A stretch of DNA of 41,032 nucleotides from contig CAMAPH010000024.1 in NCBI GenBank assembly GCA_945859975.1, positions 1 to 41,032 on the forward strand, given 5' to 3'. A program made the translations under genes and the position numbers. Shown piece by piece: positions 35,792-41,032 of the stretch. The stretch is from Chthonomonas calidirosea (GTDB taxonomy: Bacteria; Armatimonadota; Fimbriimonadia; Fimbriimonadales; Fimbriimonadaceae). How positions within the stretch are numbered: the stretch's first letter is position 1; the number at the start of each line of letters is the position of its first letter. A model generated the notes under the pieces. It was not told the origin of the DNA. It did no database searches and worked only from the letters and a program-made list of their open reading frames with translations.

Positions 35792-36610
35792 CTAGTCCGT
35801 CGAGATCTTACTGGCCATGATTCTACCGAACCGGTCCCGTCGGTACTTTATGCGCACAACAAGATCAAGGTCAAGCACGTTTGGTCCGGCCTTTTTGCCA
35901 TCGACCATGAACTGAGTATTGGCCGTGTAGTTGATGTGATAGCGTTGGCCATCGATTGCGATGTCGAAGATCGGCGCCTTGGGATAGAAGAATACAATCG
36001 TGCCTTCGATTTCCCCAGAACTCGCCATTGGCGAACGATCCTGGCTAGCAGAGGTGCCTTTTGAAGTTGACCTGGTGGTTTCCGGTTTGATCGCCGGAGG
36101 GGCATCGGAGGCAAGCTTCAGCCACGTATCGTAGTTCGAAAGCAGGCGAGCGTGGAAGTAAAGGGTTTGCCCGGGCTGGATGCTCTCGAGCTTCGCTTCT
36201 TTGCCATCCAAAACGACTTGTGACTTTTCGGTTGCTCGATAGGTGAAGGTCGTGTTGTCGGCAAACTTGACCGTAATGCCTTTTAGGTTTGTGCTGACAA
36301 CGGTACCAAGCTGGGCGGTCTTGCGGATGTTTGTCAGCCATGCCGCGGTCGCCGTATCGGCGATTTCTTTCACCGTGGCCGAATCGTCGGAAACTTTGAT
36401 TCGGGCAGAAAAGTTGATTCCCACCGGAAACTTTTCCATCTCGACGCTTTGGCGTCCAAACCAAAATCGGGTCTTAGAATCCGTCATCGCGTTGATGCGG
36501 CCCTTTGGCGTGCTGAGTTCAAACTGCTTTCCGGCAACGTTCTCAACTCGTCCGTCCAAGATTTCGACCTGGGCAAACGCGGAAGCGCAGATGACGAGCG
36601 AAAGCGTCAT
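35792..36610 (-). CDS. Secreted hypothetical protein with three repeated OB-like (DUF5666-like) domains; start uncertain
   Basis: Signal-like LSLVICASAFA; three similar beta-rich units (DGRVENV..., LGTVVST..., EGTIVFF...). Confidence 0.65.
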   Translation of the reverse strand: MTLSLVICASAFAQVEILDGRVENVAGKQFELSTPKGRINAMTDSKTRFWFGRQSVEMEKFPVGINFSARIKVSDDSATVKEIADTATAAWLTNIRKTAQLGTVVSTNLKGITVKFADNTTFTYRATEKSQVVLDGKEAKLESIQPGQTLYFHARLLSNYDTWLKLASDAPPAIKPETTRSTSKGTSASQDRSPMASSGEIEGTIVFFYPKAPIFDIAIDGQRYHINYTANTQFMVDGKKAGPNVLDLDLVVRIKYRRDRFGRIMASKISTD

Positions 36611-36650
36611 CAGCGCGAGTTTCCCGATCCTATAATGAGAAAGCGAAATC

Positions 36651-37664
36651 ATGAATGAGGAACTGTTTGCCACAAAGCGCGAAACGGACTGGGCTCGCCT
36701 AACCGCACTTTGTGACAAAGCGGAGTTTAACCCGACAACGCTTACTTCGCAAGAGTTAAGAGAATTTATTCGGGTTTACAAGCGAGTTTCTCGTGACCTT
36801 TCGATTGCACGAACGCAATCAGACAACGCTGCACTGATCGAGTACCTCAATGACCTCGCGGGCCGTGCCTATGGCACGCTCTACCGGGCCCCACGCCGAA
36901 ACCTGGCGACGGCGATTATTGACGCCATTAACCTATCGGCTCAAACCGTGCGGCGATGCTGGCCGTTTATTGCGGCGTCGGCATCCATTTTCTTCGGCAC
37001 CGCGATTCTCGTGTTCTTTGGCATCGCGGCAATTCCAGAACTGCAGGACCCCCTGGTTCCTGAAGGATGGAACAGCGTTTTCGAGGCCTGGAAGTCCGGC
37101 GTTTTTCAGGAACGAACGGGCTCGGAAGGAATTGCGATGACCGGCTTCTATGCAAGTAACAATCCCCGGGCCGCATTGGCGACCGGCGGCATTGGGGCGG
37201 CGACCCTTGGCCTTGGCTCGATCTACTTGCTGTTCACCAACGGGGCGCTAATGGGGACGCTGGCGAGCGGAATGGCCTCCGTCGGTAAATTGGGATTCTT
37301 GCTGGCCTCGGTATTTCCTCACGGCGTGCCCGAAATCAGCGGGCTCGTGATCTCCGGTGCCGCCGGATTGCGGCTGGGCTATGCGGTGATCAACCCAGGC
37401 CGAAGATCGCGCGGAGAAGCTCTGCGCGCGGTTGGAAAGGATGCATTCGTGCTGCTTTCAACCTCCATCGTGCTGATGTTCATTGCTGCGCCCATTGAAG
37501 GATTCTTCAGCTTCAGTCCCAACGTCACTCAGGACCTCAAGGTGATCGTCGGCTCCATCGAAGTGGTGATCTGGACGCTCATCTGGACCCGAGTGGGTCG
37601 GACAAAGCCGACCGACCCTCAGGAGAACAGCGTGACGGTGAGACACAGTAACGTGAAGTTGTGA
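36651..37664 (+). CDS. SpoIIM/DUF95-family membrane protein
   Basis: WARL...YKRVSRDLS...YLNDL, ASNN, NGALMG, PHGVPEI and AAPIEGF. TATAAT lies at 36631. Confidence 0.9.
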   Translation: MNEELFATKRETDWARLTALCDKAEFNPTTLTSQELREFIRVYKRVSRDLSIARTQSDNAALIEYLNDLAGRAYGTLYRAPRRNLATAIIDAINLSAQTVRRCWPFIAASASIFFGTAILVFFGIAAIPELQDPLVPEGWNSVFEAWKSGVFQERTGSEGIAMTGFYASNNPRAALATGGIGAATLGLGSIYLLFTNGALMGTLASGMASVGKLGFLLASVFPHGVPEISGLVISGAAGLRLGYAVINPGRRSRGEALRAVGKDAFVLLSTSIVLMFIAAPIEGFFSFSPNVTQDLKVIVGSIEVVIWTLIWTRVGRTKPTDPQENSVTVRHSNVKL

Positions 37665-38995
37665 CAGGCATGCATCACGATGCTCGGCACCAGGCTGCGG
37701 GTCTGGTTTAGAAGCATGCAACTCGCCCCGCCGACCGTTGCCAGCGCGAACCAAATCGGGATTCCTTGGGGGTGAATCATCGCGAAGATGAAGCTGCTTG
37801 CAAACCCAGAAAAAACGATCCGACGGGTGACTCCCGTAAGGGCAGGAAACAGCAGGCCACGGAACATGATTTCTTCCCAGATTGGTGCGACGAACGCTCC
37901 AAAAAAGAGTAGCGACATCACTACCGCCGGCGACTGATTTTCCATCAAGGTGGTTGATGCGGGGTGAGACGGCGTGGGCAGGAAGCTCAGAACCTGGGTG
38001 CCAAGGAACGCGAACAGGCCAGCGACCGGTAGCTCCATCGTGAATGCACCGATCCCCAGAAGGATGTTCTTTCCGAAGTCCTTACGATGAATTCCGATTT
38101 CTTCCAGGGTGAACCCGCTCAGCTTGATTGCGGTCCCGGTCCAAACCAGCATTGCGGCACCGCTGACGGCTGATGCAAGAGTGGTAGAGATTCCGCGCAG
38201 AGCGTTCGGAATGACATACGAGAGAATCAGGAAGCCCAGTAAAAGCCCGGCCGCGAGGAGTGCGATACGATCGAGAGTCGGGCCGTCAGTCGTGTGCAGC
38301 GGCAGTCCTTTCGGAACAAACTCTCCCGCTTTCCTCGCAATCAAGTAGGCGACCCAACAGATCCCTCCGGTCAGGAGAATGAAGCCAATCACCGCTCCGA
38401 CGAGGATCGCCGTGACTCCTTTCTTTGTAGAGATCAGCTGTCCGCGGGCTTCCTTGTCGCCACCTCTTTCTCGCACTTGAACTTTGGCCAGGGTGGAGAT
38501 GAAGTCCGTGGCAGTGATGCGGTTGGCAAGCTCTTTTGCTTCAGCGAGCGATGGCTTTTCAGCCGAGACAACTTTGGTCCAAACATCGCCGTTATCGGCT
38601 TTTGCAAGGGCGGCGAGGTCAGCCTTTGCCAGCTTTTCCCCGGCTTCGCGCTTGAGGACTGCGGTAATTTTTGCTGCTTCAGGTTCTGTCTTTTGAAGTT
38701 TTACCGTTCGTTCGGCAAGTGTGGTCCAGGTGGCCTTGTTGCTCTCCCGAAGCATTGCCGAGTCTCCGACTAGCCGCTGCATCGAGACAATCATCTCGAT
38801 CTGCATCGTGTCTTGGCGAAGGCTTGGCTTCGGCGCTTCAGCTTTGTTTGGCGATAGGTAAGTTTGCAGCGAATTGAGGATGGCCAGCGAAAACAGAACA
38901 GCCAACACGATCCAGCCGAGGGGATTTCGACTTTGGACTTTCGTTATTGGCGGATTTTCGGTTGGGGCGGGAGAGTCCGAGGGCTTTTCGATCAT
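37619..38995 (-). CDS. CPBP/Abi (type II CAAX) intramembrane metalloprotease with N-terminal soluble domain
   Basis: APIWEEIMFRG, FAMIH and HACHN motifs. Start overlaps the upstream gene's stop (ATGA). Confidence 0.92.
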   Translation of the reverse strand: MIEKPSDSPAPTENPPITKVQSRNPLGWIVLAVLFSLAILNSLQTYLSPNKAEAPKPSLRQDTMQIEMIVSMQRLVGDSAMLRESNKATWTTLAERTVKLQKTEPEAAKITAVLKREAGEKLAKADLAALAKADNGDVWTKVVSAEKPSLAEAKELANRITATDFISTLAKVQVRERGGDKEARGQLISTKKGVTAILVGAVIGFILLTGGICWVAYLIARKAGEFVPKGLPLHTTDGPTLDRIALLAAGLLLGFLILSYVIPNALRGISTTLASAVSGAAMLVWTGTAIKLSGFTLEEIGIHRKDFGKNILLGIGAFTMELPVAGLFAFLGTQVLSFLPTPSHPASTTLMENQSPAVVMSLLFFGAFVAPIWEEIMFRGLLFPALTGVTRRIVFSGFASSFIFAMIHPQGIPIWFALATVGGASCMLLNQTRSLVPSIVMHACHNFTLLCLTVTLFS

Positions 38996-40971
38996 TGTCC
39001 ACCGAGGCTACGGTCATTGAACGAGATGGTGTACGTGCTCTGCTTTGTAATCAACGCCATCGTCATCCAGATCGTTTCGGCGGCATATTCTCCGATGAGA
39101 ATTCCGAATGCCACCTGCCTCAGTTTGTCGTACCCGTTTAGGCCGTAGTACCGTTGCACAAAGTTTTTGATCAGTAGGGCCACGAGCATCCCGAACCAGT
39201 AGTAATCCACCCCGTAATTCATCGAGAGGACGTAGCCCGCAGGGTGCAGTGGGAAGCTGGGGAACTTGAACCGGATAGCATCGAGGATCATGACGATCGC
39301 AAAGCCGGCGATGGTCATGACAATGCCCGTTATGTCCGGTCCCTTTCGGTCCCGCAGGATGTTCTCCATGTACGGCAGCGCTTCCGTCCAGCCGATCGCG
39401 CCGGTTCGATAGACCTTCACCTGCAGGAAGAATTGCGCGAGGAAGTAGCCAACCACGGTTGCGGCGGCGATCGCGAGGAACATCTTTTTCTGGTTCAATC
39501 GCTCGCCCATTCCCAGCTTCATCGATTCCAGCTGATACGGCATCGGGTGGTTTCGATAGATGCGGTTCATCACCATGAAGACTTGGGAAACGTAGGCCGC
39601 TTGGCCATCCGAAATCCACTTGGTTCCCATGAACCGATGCATGATGCTGTTTGAACCGAAGAAGGCAAACTCGTGGGTCGGCGGGCCGAGCTGCGCGCGA
39701 ATTCTCGTGAGGACCACCGAGAAGACCAAGAACAGCGCGATGTAGAAGATCATGTACGGGATCGGCAGGTTGCCCCAGACGCCGTATCCAACGAGCACCA
39801 CGAAACTGCCGATTAGGCCGATGAATGCCCATCGGTGGGTGACTCCGCCGTCTGCCGAGCGGCTACCAGTTTTGATGTCGGACCAGACGTCTCGAAGGTA
39901 CTCGCGGCTGACCCAGAGCGCACCCAGGAACATAGCAATGACTGCTCCCCACGTTTGCTCATCGAAGTACGGTGGTCCAGGAAGTAGACCGGTACCGGAA
40001 AACGTACTTTGCGGAATGCCGTTTGCGGCCAGCGCAACGTGGGTGGCTTTCCTGAGCAAGAAGAAGGCGACGATGCTGATGAGAAGGTCGCTCGGAATGA
40101 ACAAGCCGATTGCCGACATGAACGGATAGATCGAGATTCGAAAGTCTCCGATGTTGCTGAGCGGCGGTTCTTTGAACGTTTGGTCAATGAAGAAAAGCGT
40201 CTTGACCGGGATGGCGGGCAGGCTGGGATAGAGATAGTTCAGCCCGTTCAGCATGTCGATGCCGAACATCACCGCGAACGCGATCCACATGTACTTGCTT
40301 TTCCACATGCCGCCTGCCCCGCCTTTCTCGCACATTGCGATCGGCAATTGGATCAGGGGGAACGTGAGGCGCTCGCGCTCGCACCACGCGGTCCGCATGA
40401 GGCTGTTGAGGCACAGCATGGCAAAACAGAGGGTGCATATGAGTCCGCCCCAAGTTGCCCAGCGCGGAAGGTAAGTCCCGAGCCTCGAGAAGACGTAGCC
40501 CATGTCCTTCCCGCCACCCTGAATGTCCTTGACTTCGTCGAAGTCTTTGATCACTAAGGCGTCAGGAACGTTTTTGGACAGGATATTTTTGTAGCCGTCG
40601 CTCCACTTACTGTTGTAGGGGTAGTTGTAGGTGGCGGCGTGGCCAAACTCGGTCCATTCGCCTGCGATAGCACCGGCGCAAGCCGTGATGCAAAAGATGA
40701 TGATGAGATCGCTTTGGGAAAGCGCGAGTTTCGGGCTGACTTTCCGAAGAACGATGTTGGCGATCAGGCAAAAGAGGAGCGCCGAGATCGGCGCGGTCAT
40801 GAGGCTAAAGAAGCCGGAGACGCTCTGATTTGTACAGGCGTAGGTGACGGGAATGCACAGCAGGAATCCCAGAATGACCGCGCGAATACGAAAAGGGCTG
40901 AAGCCAGCCTCGTACCCGGAGATAGATGGGGACGACGTGATCTCCTTTTCTTCCGCCTGCTTCATCGCCAT
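38992..40971 (-). CDS. Large polytopic membrane protein, DUF6785/DUF6784-like putative transporter
   Basis: 659 aa with many TMs; WCERERLTFPLIQLP, TRIRAQLG, FPLHPAGY and RYYGLNGY...FGILIGE. Confidence 0.75.
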   Translation of the reverse strand: MAMKQAEEKEITSSPSISGYEAGFSPFRIRAVILGFLLCIPVTYACTNQSVSGFFSLMTAPISALLFCLIANIVLRKVSPKLALSQSDLIIIFCITACAGAIAGEWTEFGHAATYNYPYNSKWSDGYKNILSKNVPDALVIKDFDEVKDIQGGGKDMGYVFSRLGTYLPRWATWGGLICTLCFAMLCLNSLMRTAWCERERLTFPLIQLPIAMCEKGGAGGMWKSKYMWIAFAVMFGIDMLNGLNYLYPSLPAIPVKTLFFIDQTFKEPPLSNIGDFRISIYPFMSAIGLFIPSDLLISIVAFFLLRKATHVALAANGIPQSTFSGTGLLPGPPYFDEQTWGAVIAMFLGALWVSREYLRDVWSDIKTGSRSADGGVTHRWAFIGLIGSFVVLVGYGVWGNLPIPYMIFYIALFLVFSVVLTRIRAQLGPPTHEFAFFGSNSIMHRFMGTKWISDGQAAYVSQVFMVMNRIYRNHPMPYQLESMKLGMGERLNQKKMFLAIAAATVVGYFLAQFFLQVKVYRTGAIGWTEALPYMENILRDRKGPDITGIVMTIAGFAIVMILDAIRFKFPSFPLHPAGYVLSMNYGVDYYWFGMLVALLIKNFVQRYYGLNGYDKLRQVAFGILIGEYAAETIWMTMALITKQSTYTISFNDRSLGGQ

Positions 40972-41032
40972 GCGCGGAACTAGTGTAGCCCGGTAGAAGG
41001 GAAAACGGGGGAATCAAATTTTAAGACGTTCT

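Overview
This window is a gene-dense bacterial chromosomal segment with about 40 protein-coding genes. I saw no rRNA, tRNA, CRISPR array, integrase or transposase. The gene families (PEP-CTERM protein, prepilin/H-X9-DG protein, DUF6785-like transporter) suggest Armatimonadota, probably Fimbriimonadia; this is an inference. Housekeeping genes include the ruvB 3' end, ribBA, map, ftsZ, an ispA-like synthase, dapF, ssb, rpsF and a sigma-70 factor. The most interesting block is 9149-16881. A TolC/adaptor/MacB-type permease operon with no ATPase gene diverges from an OmpR-family two-component system and a secreted Spy/CpxP-like protein. The sensor kinase and the secreted protein share GPGG/GGQG low-complexity sequence, and their promoters share an operator geometry. 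Other highlights are: widespread leaderless promoters, two of which feed micro-ORFs coupled to the real gene; Pho-box-like repeats before a phosphoesterase and a pilin-like gene; a thioester-domain PEP-CTERM protein; an S6:S18-type leader on an rpsF-ssb pair lacking rpsR; and an AT-rich islet with a DUF2130 nuclease-like gene. All family assignments are from motif recognition, not database searches.
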